Of a DNA stretch of 64,000 nucleotides, positions 1-13,149 are shown one piece after another. Below the pieces are notes generated by a model, which worked only from the letters and a program-made list of their open reading frames with translations, did no database searches and had not been told where the DNA came from. The DNA lies in NCBI GenBank assembly GCA_001244265.2, contig CDLV01000010.1:620001-684000 (forward strand), in the 5' to 3' direction. Source of the DNA: Microbotryum violaceum (Eukaryota). A program made the translations under genes and the position numbers. Every line of letters starts with the position of its first letter. The first letter of the stretch is position 1.

Positions 1-142
1 GGTGACAAGGTGGGGCGGCAGCACCAAAGAGCTCGGAGCGCTCGGATCTCGTCTGACCTGAGCTTTCAAAAATACACGGGACAATCATTTGAAAGGGATT
101 TCGGGCGATCGTATTGTATCACTAATCATAAAGTACACACTC

Positions 143-3100
143 TCAAGCAAAGTAGAACAATCTCTCCCTGACAGCCCGCATCCCTGCTCGCTCCCACTCG
201 TCCTGCCTGACCCACATCTCGTTCGCGCACTCGAGCTTGCCCAGCATCGCCACCCCCTTCCAGCTCATGATCTTGGGGTCGATCTCCTGAGGCGGAGGGA
301 CGACGACGACTTGTCCGGCAAGCGATGGCATGACGCGCACCAATTGCCCAGCAATGCTGAGGAGCGAAATGTTGATGTCGTCTGGTCAGGAAGCCTGGAC
401 GTGCCAGCTTTCAATAGCACTTCATTCCCAACTCACCGGGACTCGACGGCGAACCCAATATTGTGAATCATGCTCGTCCCACCGCACAGCAGCACATTGT
501 TACTGAGCTTCTTGATCCTGTCCTCAGCCCCAGTCGCGAGGATCGATTCGACGATCGCAACATCGAGGGGGATCTTGCCCGATTCCAAGCGCGGATCGAT
601 TTTAGGCTCTTTAGTTTTGAGGACCAGCGACGTCGCCGGCGGTGGTGGTGCGGGGGCAGCCGCAGCGGACGTCTCTGTGCCATTGGGGGAAGCAGCATGC
701 AAAGGTAACTGCGATGCATCGACACAAAGCGGGGACTCCATTGTGCCTTCGCCACCATCTTCCTTCGGCACGGTCGCCGCAACTGCCATCGGAGCTGCGT
801 GGCGCAAATGACGAGTGCTGTTCTTCATCGCTTGAGTCTGAAGGTACGAAGAGCGTGTCAATCGCTTGTGTTCAGAAGCCAAGCTTGGTTACAATCGGAT
901 TACTCACGATGGCTTGACTGCCGATGTCGACATTGTCATCGACGCCCTTGGCCCACAGCGGCGTCTGCGGCTGCACCTTGTTGTCAAAATTGATCACTCG
1001 CGGAGCGAAGAGAGCCTGTGGTATGCAGGAACCAAGTCAGCAAGAGGCCAGAGATCAACACAAAGCGTGTGCGTACTTACATATGGCGCAAGAATAGATT
1101 CGTCGTATGATCGCATCGAGTATTTCCTCGTCGGCTTCCCGGGCGTTCGCACGAAAAAGTCGTACAGGTTCAAGCCGACATCACCCTAAAATGCGAAACA
1201 CATCAGTGAGAGCCCACGATCTGGAGGACCCAACAAGGTTGAATACCTGAACTCACCTCTCCTAAGACGACCATGCGCTCCTTGAGGTCTTCCAACACCT
1301 TCCAGTCGTACCATCTCGACAGGTCTGCGTCCCGATAAGGAAAGTTGAGTCGGACGAGCAATGTATAGAGGAATGCGGTGATGTCGTCGCCACCAAAGTC
1401 CAGAACGAGTCTATGCCCAATCCAGAAGGAATTCGAGGAGATGAGTACGAGTAAAGGCCTCTCGAGTTCGATCGAGCAAGCGCGCCTACCTGCTCTCGGG
1501 CGAAGCCAGTCCCTCTTCCACGCAAGTGATGGTTGTGACCTTGGACCCAATGTCGACCACGCAAGCCGTCGAAATCCCCGCCCCAAAAGTCGCGCAGACG
1601 CTCTCTTGCTGCAGTATGACTTGCTTGAAGCCAATCGCATGCAGGATCAGTTCTGTCATCTCGCGCACGTAGACTTGGTCGTACAGATCGTGGATGAGGA
1701 GGATGCATGAATAGTCCTGTGGAACATACGATACATGAACGGATCAGATAAGTGGCATACCAGCGCTAGGTTTCAAGCATGGGCTACCTTGAGTTCACTC
1801 CTCGTAATCTGAAGTTCGTCCTCGAGAGTCTTGAGCCAGATGGTCTCGATGTCGCTCAGCAGCTCTTGCGAAGAGACGTAGCCGTTCGTGTTGAACTGCC
1901 CTCGATCGAATGGTCTCCGTAGCACGAACCCAGCGGCGTCGGGATCAGCTATTCTGAGGGCCTAATACACGAAAGATCATAGTCAACACCAATCTTGCAT
2001 CGCATGCATCAGCACCCATGCCCCTCGCCGCAAAACTCACCTTTTCCCCCACGAAAACGTCCTCCTGTCCAACATCAGTCCACTCGATCTCATCCGGGTC
2101 GTTAAAGTCGTCCGTCTTTTCAGGTTTCACGGTCTGATTGTAGTCGCTCGCTTGCCGATTCCCACTGCCTTGACCGCGCAACTTGTAGGCTCGCATCCTC
2201 GCTCTCAACGTCGTTCGGACCGATGCGATCTTGGCCGACAAGGGGTCGAGTGCATCCGCATCGGTAGCTGCAGCGCCTTCGTCGAGTTCATCAACTTCAT
2301 CTTCATCGTCGTCATCGTTGCTGTTGCTCGGGCGATTCGAGGGGGGTTTGATCGAGTCAAAGGTGGGCACAACCGAAGGCCGGTGAGGTTTGCGTGGTGT
2401 AGTTCCAGGGCGAGTGCGCCGAGCAATGACGTTGGGGACGGTCAGAGGAAACGCATCGGACGCTCTGCCGATGCGGAGATAGGATGATCCCGGATGAATG
2501 ACGATGATCCTGGCGAGTGGTTCCGACTCGAGGCCCGGGTCCTGTGCATTTTGCTCAAGCTCGTTCAGTAACCGAACGATTCGTCCTGTTGAGAAGAGGC
2601 GACAACGCACGAGAGATTTGACAGGTTTGGGCCGTTGTACCATCCCTTTCGGTGCCAATTGCAGCACGTCTACGTCAGGTGGGGCGGTAACATTGTCGTC
2701 ACTCTCACTCCCACATTCGCCGTCACTGTCGCTTTGAGCATGCTCGCCGTGCCTTGGAGCACGGACCGGATGATCGATGGCCATCAACCGCCGGCGCTTC
2801 TTCTCCCTCTCGCGGACGTAGTCTTCATCGGTTGTGCGTTGCGTGAGGGATGACTGTGACTCGGTCTTGACAAAGTTGGCGGCGACGTTCTTGCCGCTGT
2901 GGGGAGCCAGCCGAGAAGGGTTTGTTCCTGTCAACTCCTTGAGGCCGCTCGAGCACGAGCTAGGCATGGAAGGGTCAACTCACTTCAGCAGTCCGATGGG
3001 CTGATTCAGTGAGGAGAGAATACGCAGGTCAGCAGGGACAGCCGAACTATGAGGTGAGAGCTGAGAGCTGAGAGCTGAGAGCTGAGAGCTGAGAGCTGAG

Positions 3101-3280
3101 AGCTGAGCGCTGAGAGCTGAGAGCTGAAGAGGTGGAGGTGGGATGTGCCGGTCGGGACATCGGCGGGGCAAGGGTACTGACACTGAAGGAGGTGAATTTG
3201 ATGGGAATGCCTTGGACATCGACCTTCCAGTTAACTGAAGCTGCTGCTACGGCGGCTGCTCCCGATCCTTTGGGTGGCAT
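143..3280 (-). CDS. ARP8: Actin-related protein 8 (INO80 complex subunit), multi-exon
   Basis: Spliced ORFs carry Arp8 motifs IIVIHPGSSYLRIGRASDAFP, QESVCATFGAG-STACVVDIG, FGGDDIT..F, GGTSMI and DPKIMSWKG. Exon 1 is 3280-3182, followed by a 17-nt exon at 3000-2984, with GT-AG introns. Stop codon at 143-145. Confidence 0.92.
3055..3127. repeat. 7-bp tandem repeat (TGAGAGC) x ~10 inside ARP8 intron 1
   Basis: Directly visible; one unit is the variant TGAGCGC. Confidence 0.95.
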
Positions 3281-3801
3281 CGCGTGATGGACTCTGCGTC
3301 AATGGTCGCCGTGGACACGCGAGATGTGCGGGCAAAGCTCAAAAGGGGGCGTCGGCTCAGACTCTCATCTTGTTTGTTTTTGTTTGTTTGGCCGGCACTG
3401 GCACTGCAGCTGGCATCTAAGGGCGTCCATTTATTGGTATACAGGCACCTGCTGGCACACTATTGACATTATATGGCCAAAGGTGGCGATTGAGCTCGAT
3501 GGGAAACAGACAGAGCTAAGGAAAAGACAATTGGTGTATTCATTCTACTGAACCTGTTCAAATTTTCGGCAGTCAAACGACTCCTCGGCGGTCAGCTGCA
3601 GACTAGGTTTGCCGGTACGAACTGCCAGTGGTCCGAACTGGCACCGAACTCGGCCTGGTCCCGGCCGAACATGCAATGCAGTGCCGACCGACCAGTGGAC
3701 CCCCACTTGGTAGGCTCCCGCGGCGGGCTCACCGAGCGACACGATCGACCTTGCGACCCGAACACCCACCTGAGACACCTACACAGACCCTCACGGCAGC
3801 G

Positions 3802-5624
3802 ATGCCACCCGCATCTACAACTGCTCGCTTCGGCACCCGACTGCTGTCCACTTCGGCGCTGCGTACTGCCGTTACAGCATCCTCATCCAGCTCATCTCCG
3901 CCCGCAGCCTCCGCAGCCTCTTCGTCGTCTTCGTCGGCGCCGCAGAGCAAAGCCCAGGTGAGATGGCTTCAAATTCAAGTTGGTGGTACTGCCTTGAGCT
4001 TGGACTGATATCTCCCATTATCATGTTCATCTTCTGCAATCCCGTCCTCGGCGGACCGTGGCGCGCGATCCTGCTCGCTCCGACGTTATCTCGTTGCCTC
4101 ATTATTCTCGGCGATGGAAACCTCCTCAAATCTCAGCGCTTTGCTTTTGACCCAACAGCGGCCAAATTTCCCCTCGGATTCGTCGCAACAGGTCTCCACT
4201 GCGGTGTCAAGAAGGACCCCTCCCGCCTCGATTTGGGCGTCATCATCTCGGACCGCCCTTGCTCCGCCGCCGGCACCTTCACCCGCAACGCCTTTGTCGC
4301 CGCACCCGTCGTCGTTTCCAAAGAGGTGCTCGCCAAAGGGCGTGGAATTGCCCGAGGTTTGGTCGTCAACTCTGGGTGCGCTAACGCCGTCACGGGGTCC
4401 CAGGGACTCAAAGATGCTCGCGCCATGAGCGATCAACTCGATTCGTTCCTCTGCGAGTCAAACTCGTCCTCCGCTACGGGGACCCTCGTCATGTCGACCG
4501 GCGTGATCGGTCAGCTACTACCGATCAAGAAGATTCTTAGTGGTATTACCTCATCGACCGCGACGTTGGGATCGACCCACTCGGCGTGGCTCGATGCCGC
4601 CAAGGCTTTCATGACGACCGATACGTTCCCCAAGTTGCGCACCCGGTCCTTTGAACTCGGCGGCAAGGAAGTCAGGATGGTCGGCATCGACAAGGGAGCA
4701 GGGATGATCCACCCCAACATGGGCCCACCGCACGCGACACTGCTCGGCATGATCGCCACCGACGCTGCCGTCACCCCCGCCTCACTGCAGGACGCGCTCA
4801 CGTACGCCGTCGATCGCTCCTTCAACTCCATCTCGGTCGATGGCGACATGTCGACCAACGACACGATCGTTGTACTGGCCAACGGAGCCAGTGGATCGGT
4901 CGAAATCTCGGAAAAGGCGACGCCGGACGAGTACATCAAGTTTAGGGATCAACTGACCGACTTTGCGGCGGAGTTGGCCCAACTCGTCGTCAGGGATGGT
5001 GAAGGCGCCGAAAAATTTGTCAAGATTACGGTCAAGGTGAGGAGTCGATATGTTTGAGACTCCGAAAAGGGACACTGACAGGTGTCGAGACTGCAATGCT
5101 CATCATGACAGGGGTCACCAACCTACGAAGCCGCGCATAAGATCGCCTCGACGATTTCTACATCCGCCCTTGTCAAATGCGCATTGCACGGCGAGGATGC
5201 CAACTGGGGCCGCATCCTCTGCGCGGTCGGGTACTCGAACCCCGGTTTCGACATCGACCCAACGAAAGTGACCGTCTCGTTCGTCCCCGTCCCCGTCGAC
5301 GGTTCGGCCGAACTCAAGCTGCTCGTCAACGGGGAACCCGAACACGTCGACGAGGCGCGAGCGAGCGAAATCCTCAAGAGCGAGGATCTGGCGATCCAAG
5401 TCGATCTTGGGCTCGGGGATGAAAGCGCAACGTACTGGACGTGCGACTTTTCGCATGAGTATATCTCAATCAATGCTGGTGAGTGAGGGGTGCCTAGATC
5501 GGATCGCCCTAGCCGGAAGCGAGGTCTTGAGTATCGGAGCCTATGCGCTTCCGATTTATAAAACCCAAACCTCCCTCTGACGATGCCATGGACCTTCTTA
5601 CTTGGTACAGATTATCGATCTTGA
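3802..5624 (+). CDS. ARG7: Mitochondrial ornithine/glutamate acetyltransferase (ArgJ family), 4 exons
   Basis: Motifs [25 protein letters not shown] (autoproteolysis Thr), [24 protein letters not shown] and a C-terminal DYRS*. The N-terminus is Ser/Arg/Ala-rich and presequence-like. GT-AG introns near 3958, 5037 and 5479. Confidence 0.95.
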
Positions 5625-7193
5625 TGATGCTACGTTTCGGAGCAAGCTGAGAATCGGGAGTGTACCAAAAGTGCGAAGTCAGTACGACCGACCCGAATTC
5701 CCACGCTTGCCCGGCGGGAGAGAAAGCGATCTGGGTAGTTACGAATTCGTAGACAACCTTTTAGGGTTGACAACGTGGTGAACTGTCCGGATCTAGATTA
5801 GCAGGCGGCGATCTTCTCACTGGCCGACCGGCTCTGAAAGTGTTTGAGCCGTGGACTGCTTTTGGCGGATGTGAAACAGGGGACTCTGGGGGAAAACGAA
5901 ACGGCGGGAAACAGCTGGCGCAGTCGGTCGGAGAATCGGGGATGCACCATGATGCCGCGGGGCGATCGACCGGCATTAAGCCCCAAACTCACAAGCGTTT
6001 GTAAAGTGGTACGTCAAAACCGAAGCAGGAGCTCGTGCTCTTTCATGGTGTATGAAGCATTCAGCCTAGGTGCCCAGAGTAAGCAGAGATGTACGAAAGT
6101 GATGCCCTCAGAGCGCTGGGTTGATGTCGAACCTGCAGGCCGGTCGGTTCCTCGACGGATTCTGGAAGCATGCACAGCGTTTTCCGGGCTCGCGAATTGA
6201 CCTGTAGGAACCCGCTCAAACAGAAGCCGGTCCGACCACCCGGTCTTAAAGTGTGTATTCAATCCTATCATGAATTGAGGTGTGTCTTATAGAAGTTTCA
6301 AATGACTCCGAGCTCTGGAATATTTGCTCGAACCCATGGGATTGCCCAAGAAAGTAGCACCGCGAAGAAGGTAAAGGTAATAGGTGTTTGGAAACGAGAC
6401 GCTCGGTGTTTCACATTCCTTCCACCCGGACCAAAAGCCAATCAGTGGGCTGAAGCTAGGGGTAACTGAAACTTGGTAAGCAGGTCAGCTAGCCACCGGA
6501 CGCCCACTTCCGAGGCGACCCTAGCATCTCGCCCGCCGACCCGGGCGCTTCCTGCACCTCCGCGCGCAGGCTTGGCAGGGAGAATGAGATCCGAATCTCG
6601 CCAGGGCTCTCGAGGGTCATGTATCAGTCAATCCCGGGAGAGCCGGTACGAATAGTTGAGAAGGTGCTCCCACGATCGGTCGTGCTTGATGGATCCGTTC
6701 AATCGGCTAGGCTCAGAGCAAGGTCCGATGATGATGGCATTACTGCCAAGATCCAAGGCCGTAGAGTTATCTTATGCCCCATGATGACGCTGAGGACATC
6801 GGTGGGAGTGAAGGTGGACGATCCGTCGTACCACGCTTCTGAGAGTCAATTCTGGTCGCAGTTCTCGAGCGCGTGCTTCAGGGACTCAAAGTATGTTTAT
6901 CACGAGCTCTGGGTCTTCAGAGCCACGCATAATCCCATTGATGATGTCTACGCCATGCACGGGGGAGGCTCAACCCGTTGCGCGCGCCCGCCTTCAACCC
7001 AGGATAGGCTGGACATAATGCCTCCTGTTGGAATCAACAATGATCCCGAAATGAACAACAAAAGATGAGAACGGCTTGTCTCTGCTCACCCCGCGAGTGC
7101 ATCTGGCTCGCTGATTACCTGGCCTTTGAGCGTTTGGAACCGATGCTGTTCCGAGATCGACTTTTTACCACGCCGATCGATTGCAGCTGCCGT

Positions 7194-8232
7194 CAGGGTT
7201 CCCCATTAGATGTCTAGATATCTTGACTTTTTTTGTGTCTGGTACAGACTCCTGTTGCGTTGAAAGTGGTAGTTTCCCCTAAGGAGGTTCTTGCTCCCTA
7301 ACGAGGACATCGACTTTCAAATCGTATTCGGCTCAATGCCCATGTTTGTGCCGCATGGTTTGGCCCAAGCGCTAACCGCGGGTGAGGCGTCCCGGGACGG
7401 CTTGCCGACGGGCCAATTTGGAAGCTGAGGCCTTCAGACGTTTTTGCTGCCAGAGCGTGCTTCATCAACTAATCACACAAATCGCACGAAGAAAGAAGGT
7501 GCAATTGCGACATTTTGGGAACTTCGCAATGTACCCGCGCCGTTTTCTCTTCTTTCGTCGCACACTCGCACTCTCACACCTCGCCGAACGACTATACTAG
7601 TAATCGATAGTCTTTGCTAAAGCAGCTTGGAGTCGGACGTCCGTACGGCTGAGGAGCTTGCGAGTACGAAATTCGCCACCAACGATGAGGCACAGATTTA
7701 CTACTTTCAACTGAGAGGAGGCTCTGCAAACGATCGCTGGCAAGCTAGCTAGTTCAGCTGAGAAAGTAAAGTTAAAGACGTCATGGAGGTCGTTCCCAGC
7801 GGAGGTGGAGATTTCGGACGACTCTGACGACACTGATTAGCACAACGATCGGCCTCAATGCATTCTCCCGCTTGACCAAGCGATAATTCTACTTCCCAGC
7901 ACTTATCAATAAAAGAGAATCAGAAAACAGTGAACAGAGAGCCAGCTTTGCCTGTTCATCCACATTTTGTGATACTTAAATTGTGGTACTGGCCACCCAA
8001 CAGGCTCCCACGAGTCCCAAACGACCGCCTCCAGGCGAAGATATCTGGCATCTTATCTCCTAAGATATCTATCTCTATCTCATCTTAACCCACTTAGATA
8101 TCTATTAGATATCTAGGCATCTATCTAAGATATCTGACTAAGATGGGAGATAGATAGATAAGGGCCAGAGCCCGATTTTTTTAGATAGATATCTAATATC
8201 TGCGAGATCATCTTGACTGATGGGGAACCCTG
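7194..8232. mobile_element. Non-autonomous hAT-superfamily DNA transposon (1039 bp)
   Basis: TIRs CAGGGTTCCCCAT (7194-7206) and ATGGGGAACCCTG (8220-8232). Exact 8-bp TSD GCTGCCGT at 7186-7193 and 8233-8240. Subterminal AGATATCT/TATCTA repeats at ~8040-8200. Confidence 0.9.
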
Positions 8233-8592
8233 GCTGCCGTCTGCCATACTGCCGCACGTTCAGGAGGCCTTTAAACTCGTATCTGGCCTGATTCCGAGTT
8301 TCCTAAACATCCTTGGGACCTGACATGGTCCCATGATTTGCACAAAGAAGAGCCAACCGTCCGCATCACCAGTCCGTTTCGGTAGCCTGCTGCAAAGCCC
8401 AGCATCAGCTTCTTCAGGGATCTGAGCCCAGACTTTCAGACTCCGGCCCATTCGCGGGCACTTCACCCTTTAGACCCTTCGACCCCATCTGCGTAAGGCG
8501 ATTAGCCCAGGTGCGAATGGAAGGGGATGCCTTACAGGAACAGCCCCATAAGTAGCCTCTGAGTCGAGTTCTAGTTACGACTTGCTTTTAGC

Positions 8593-8729
8593 CTAGCGGC
8601 GGTCAGGAACTGAACGACAGATTGTCTTTTATGCACTGCACATCAGAGGCGCATACCTTACACTGCACTGTACTAGCGGTCAAGAACGACAGATTGTATT
8701 TTATGCATATCAGAGGCGCATACCTTACA
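8593..8729. repeat. Imperfect ~60-70 bp tandem duplication
   Basis: GAACGACAGATTGT..TTTATGCA..ATCAGAGGCGCATACCTTACA occurs twice. Confidence 0.8.
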
Positions 8730-10277
8730 GCGAACCTACTAGTAATTGGCTGAGTAAAAGAAAGAGGTGGGCCATGTTCGTGGTTCCTCTTCGCCCGCGC
8801 TCTTGCAAGGCACCGTTCGTGGTAAAGAGGAATCGGATCGGAGCCGCCAGGCCACGTGACGAGAGCGATGTAATTAGAGTGAAACCTGCCGCCATGATCG
8901 CCTGCCACGCGCGGCAAGGGCAGTGGGCCTCGATTCAGGCCCGAGTCACGCATGTCCTCATGCGGCAGTAGGTGCCAACAGTGCAGTGCAAGCCAGGGGT
9001 AGGCCGCACGTACTGCACTGATGATGAGTCACAGGCACCTCCCACGTGCATCTGGGGGTGTTCGGGGCAGCAATGGTAGAGCCGAGATGGTCCCAGACCG
9101 TGACTAAACAGGCCTGGGACGTCGCACAAATCATCGGGTATCGAAATTAGGGACTTTGACGATTTCGGAAGTGTGTCTTTCTGCCGTAGTTCCCTTTGAT
9201 GTAAGATATGCGTAGATACGATTCTTCACGGCAGATCTTGCCAGAAAAGCTTGGGTTGGAAAAAAAGGCGAAGGGTGTCGTCAGCAGGGCTAATGACCTA
9301 AAAAAAAATCGATTCACCTCTAGGTAGAAAGATATTCCATAGGCTGAGGAGTCTGCAAATTCTGCAACACAGAACTGAGATGGCGCTGCGGAGATCCGCA
9401 ACGGCCACCGGCCGACCCGCCTTCTCTGCGCTCTCGAGATCCGGCCTTTAGCTCTAAGCGGTCACCGCGCCAGCTCCCGGGTCCGAGACATTGATCTGAG
9501 ACGAGCTTGATTTTGTGGCCGTCTTCTTCGCTGTTGATCTTGGGAGTTCCAGGCCTCTCCGGAACCTGCTCGCTTCCTCGATCGCGATTCGTTGTCCGAT
9601 CATTTGTGGCTCGGTGAATCAATCAGACGTCGTGGGCTTGAGCTTGGCGTCGCGCCCTTGTAACCTTCCCATCCCTCCTCTCTTCTCCTCTCCTCTCCTC
9701 TCCTCCCCCCCCCTTTTCCCGCTCGATACCTCGTACCTCTCTGATACTTTCCGCCTGCATCGTCCTCTTTTTTGATACCTCGACGAGCTCTTGACGAGTC
9801 CTTCTTACCTTCTTCCCACGCCCAGCGCCGTAGTCGTTTACTTGCTCTCCTCGTCGCCGGTCGGACCTCCTTTCTTCGGTCACCCATAGCTGCCCGCCGC
9901 TCCTCTCGCTTGCGAAGCCTTGCGCCCGGCACACGCCAATCAACTTCCACTCTTATGCCCTTGCCTCGACCTTGTCCGTGACTCGGTCTCTGTCCTCGAT
10001 CTAAAAAAAAACCTAAAAAAAAAAGGTGAGTACACCGCATCCCTCAGCATCGGATCTAGAGTCGCCACATGTCATGGCCATGGCGGACTGGATGTGAGCT
10101 GGATGGCCGGCGAGCGCTGGGGCGCGGGCGAGGAGGCCCGTGCGCGTCCGAGCGTTTTGGAGCGTTCGTCCGTTTCAAACGACAAGTCTGAGAGCAACGC
10201 TGTCGACACTGCACTGCCTGTGGCTTCCGCCGACTCTTCTCTTTCATGTAACTGATGAGCAATCGTTCAACATCACG

Positions 10278-12596
10278 ATGCTACACAGTCTACTCAACTC
10301 GTCGTTTCGTGCCAAGGCTGGTCTTGCCCCGACTTCGTCACTCTCGCGACCGTCGCCCACCGCACGGTTCGATTTCGACCTCGATTCACTCGAGCAAAGG
10401 TGCGCAGCAAACAGTTCGCGAACTGCAGTTGAGGCAGTGCCCCGCGCCGAACAGCAAAGCCGATCTACGTACTGATGTTCTACATTTGCCCCCCTCTGTA
10501 CTTTTCACAGAAGAATGGCTGATACCAACGACTTTGTCCAACGTGACATGATGGAGGTCATGACATCGCTCACTCAGGAGAACGCACGCCTGCGCGCGCT
10601 GCTCGGATCGTCCGTCGCCGGCAAGGACACGCACGCCGCTTCCGTTTCAAAGCTTCCCGGAGCCTCCAGCAGGACTTCTACGATCATCGAGGAACACGAT
10701 CCAGTCGCAATGTACGCCGAACTCACCGCCGCCAAGGCTGCTCAAGCCGAACTCGCGCGAGAGGTCGCGAACCTGAGGGCGACCCAACGCGCGCTTGTCT
10801 CGTCTGCGACCGAGGACCAGTCTTCTGAGGTGTACCTTTTGCGCTCATCCTTGGCCAAACTTGCTTCAGAGCTTGAAACTGAGCAAGCGCGTGCTGCCGA
10901 CAACGATACTAAAATCCGCGCCGAGCAGGATCAAGTCGCGATGCTCCGAAGCAAGCTCGACGATCAGCGACGTATGATCATGAGCCTGCAGGCCGCCGGT
11001 CCGCGTCGCACCTCGGTTGAAGCGCTCGGCCCCCCTTTCTCTTCCACGGGTCGTCGATCTCCTTTTCTCGACAGCGCTCCCTGGCGCAAGTCGTCGCTCG
11101 GCCTCAATCCCAACAGTACCACTGTCGCCCATGCCCCCTCCAACCCCGGCCTCGGACTTGCTGTCGAATCCCCGCAGCCGAACCCTCCTTCCAGCCCGAG
11201 CTCGGCTCGAACCTTCGCTCTGCAACGTCTGGCCCAGCGCCGTAGTTCAGCCAGCCTCCACGCCGCCTCCGAGCTGATGCTCGCGGAGGATGACCGGATG
11301 AACCGCCTGCGCGAGCTTCGTCTCGGGCTAACGACGACCAAGCTCGCCAGCCGTCGCTCCTCGCTCGTCACCGGTGTACCCGACTTCATCGCTACCGGTG
11401 ATTTTGACTTTGATCTCGAGCACGGCCGCCAATCGAGTTCGAGCCTGCGTGGTCGCCATGGCTCGGCGATCGAAGATGACTCCTCGGACCCGCCCTCAGC
11501 ACCACTCCGCGCCGCCGGGCGCAAGGACTCGGTTGCTGTCTTCGAATCGTGGAGCCGACGGTCTTCTTCGAGCGGGTTCGCCAATGCCAACTACGAGTCA
11601 TACCTTGCGCAACAAGCCGTCCTCGACGCCGGTCACGAAGACGAATTGGCCAATATTGACGACCTGCGCCTCCATTTGCAAGGGCTGCGCATTCGTCTCG
11701 CAGAGGCCGAGGAAGGCCGCCGTGCGTCCGAGATGTGCGTACAAGCTTTGCGTGAATTTATCGTCAAACAGAGCAGTTCTGGTGAGGGTATCCTTGGAGA
11801 GCTCTCCCTGCCACCGATGCCGAGTGACTCGACAACACACGACGCCGATGAATACTGTGCGCGACGGTCTTCGATGCCCGGTGCCAAGGCAGTCGTCCCC
11901 GTCGCCTCGGCATTGCGTTCGTCGTTCTCGGATACCTCTGCCAACAACACGAATCGCAAGTACACGTCAGAGAACGTTGCGGATTCCAGCTCAACTCGCC
12001 GCGCTTCGGCCGTGTCCAACTCGTCGAGCTCGACCTACCTTGACCGCCCCAAGGCCGCCCGCCCCGTTGGGGTCGTTTTCGCCAGGCCCGTCATCATTGA
12101 CCGGTCCGTCTCGGCCCCTCTCTTCAGTGGGTCTTTCTCCTTCGCCGCTCTAGCTCCTACGACGGCACAGATCCAGGGCGATACCTCCCCGACAATGAGC
12201 TCCCCCTACAGCCCGGAGACTGAAACGATGCCGACCTTCGGCGTCTTGCCCCATCACCTTTCTAGTGCCAGTTGCCTGTCCGACGCCGACGAGAGCCTTT
12301 TGTTCCGTCGACCACGAATTCACAGGTCACCCGAGTCATCAGCACCGAGCTTGACTTGTTCTTCCGGCGCTTCGGAATCGAGCGACGATGAATCGAGGGC
12401 ACCTTCGCCCATGGTCCCCGGGGATGACATGGGCGAACCCGTTGGACCGTGCAAGATTGTCGAGTTTGCCGAATCAATCGGGATTACCGAGGTCGCGCTC
12501 AATGCCTATCCTCTCCAAGGCGGTCTCTTTGCCACTGACAAGCCCTCGCCGACAAATTCGAACGGCACCGTCACTCCGATCGTGAGGCTCGCCTGA
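10278..12596 (+). CDS. Hypothetical protein with coiled-coil segments and Ser-rich disorder
   Basis: 693-aa ORF at 10515-12596. A probable upstream exon 10278-10399 joins in frame via a GT..CTGAT..CAG intron (10400-10510). Heptad-like stretches LTQENARLRALL and LRIRLAEAEEGRRASE. Confidence 0.75.
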
Positions 12597-13149
12597 TCCT
12601 GGCTTCCCTATCCTGTACATAATCATCTGTTCATACTATTCGTGCGTAGTCTTCCCCATCTCTATCATATCATTTCCGTCGATATCCCGCTAGTATATAT
12701 ACTCTGTAGCCTTTCCTCTCAGTGACCTTGGATCTAAGTTCCAGTCAGTATTATTTGTATCTGTCAGTTTAAAATAAGCCCGAATGGGAAGCTTTTTCCA
12801 AAACTTGCGCGACTCTTTAACGGATCGGAAGCACAGCCAAAAGATAAGATATATAAACCACGACAAAGTGTCTTTCTTGTCAAAATCATGGTATTGCGGT
12901 ACTATGCAAGTGGAGAGAAGCACGGGAAAGAGTCACAAGATGTGAGAGACGGGGTGTGCGTGGACCAAACCGACTAGAAACACAAGCAAGTAAAGCGAGA
13001 AAGGAAAGACGTAGAGGGAAGCATTATCGAGATAACAGATATTCACAAACAGCAAGTAGAGCGAGGCTCAGTGGGTTTCCAAGAGAAATACAAGCTATAC
13101 GATATGGGAGATAGATCCTTAGATTTCTTACGAATAGGGAGATGCGGCT

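Noticed and set aside
5700-7185. Short ORFs between ARG7 and the hAT element
   Set aside because: No motifs or coding-like composition; probably decayed intergenic or TE DNA.
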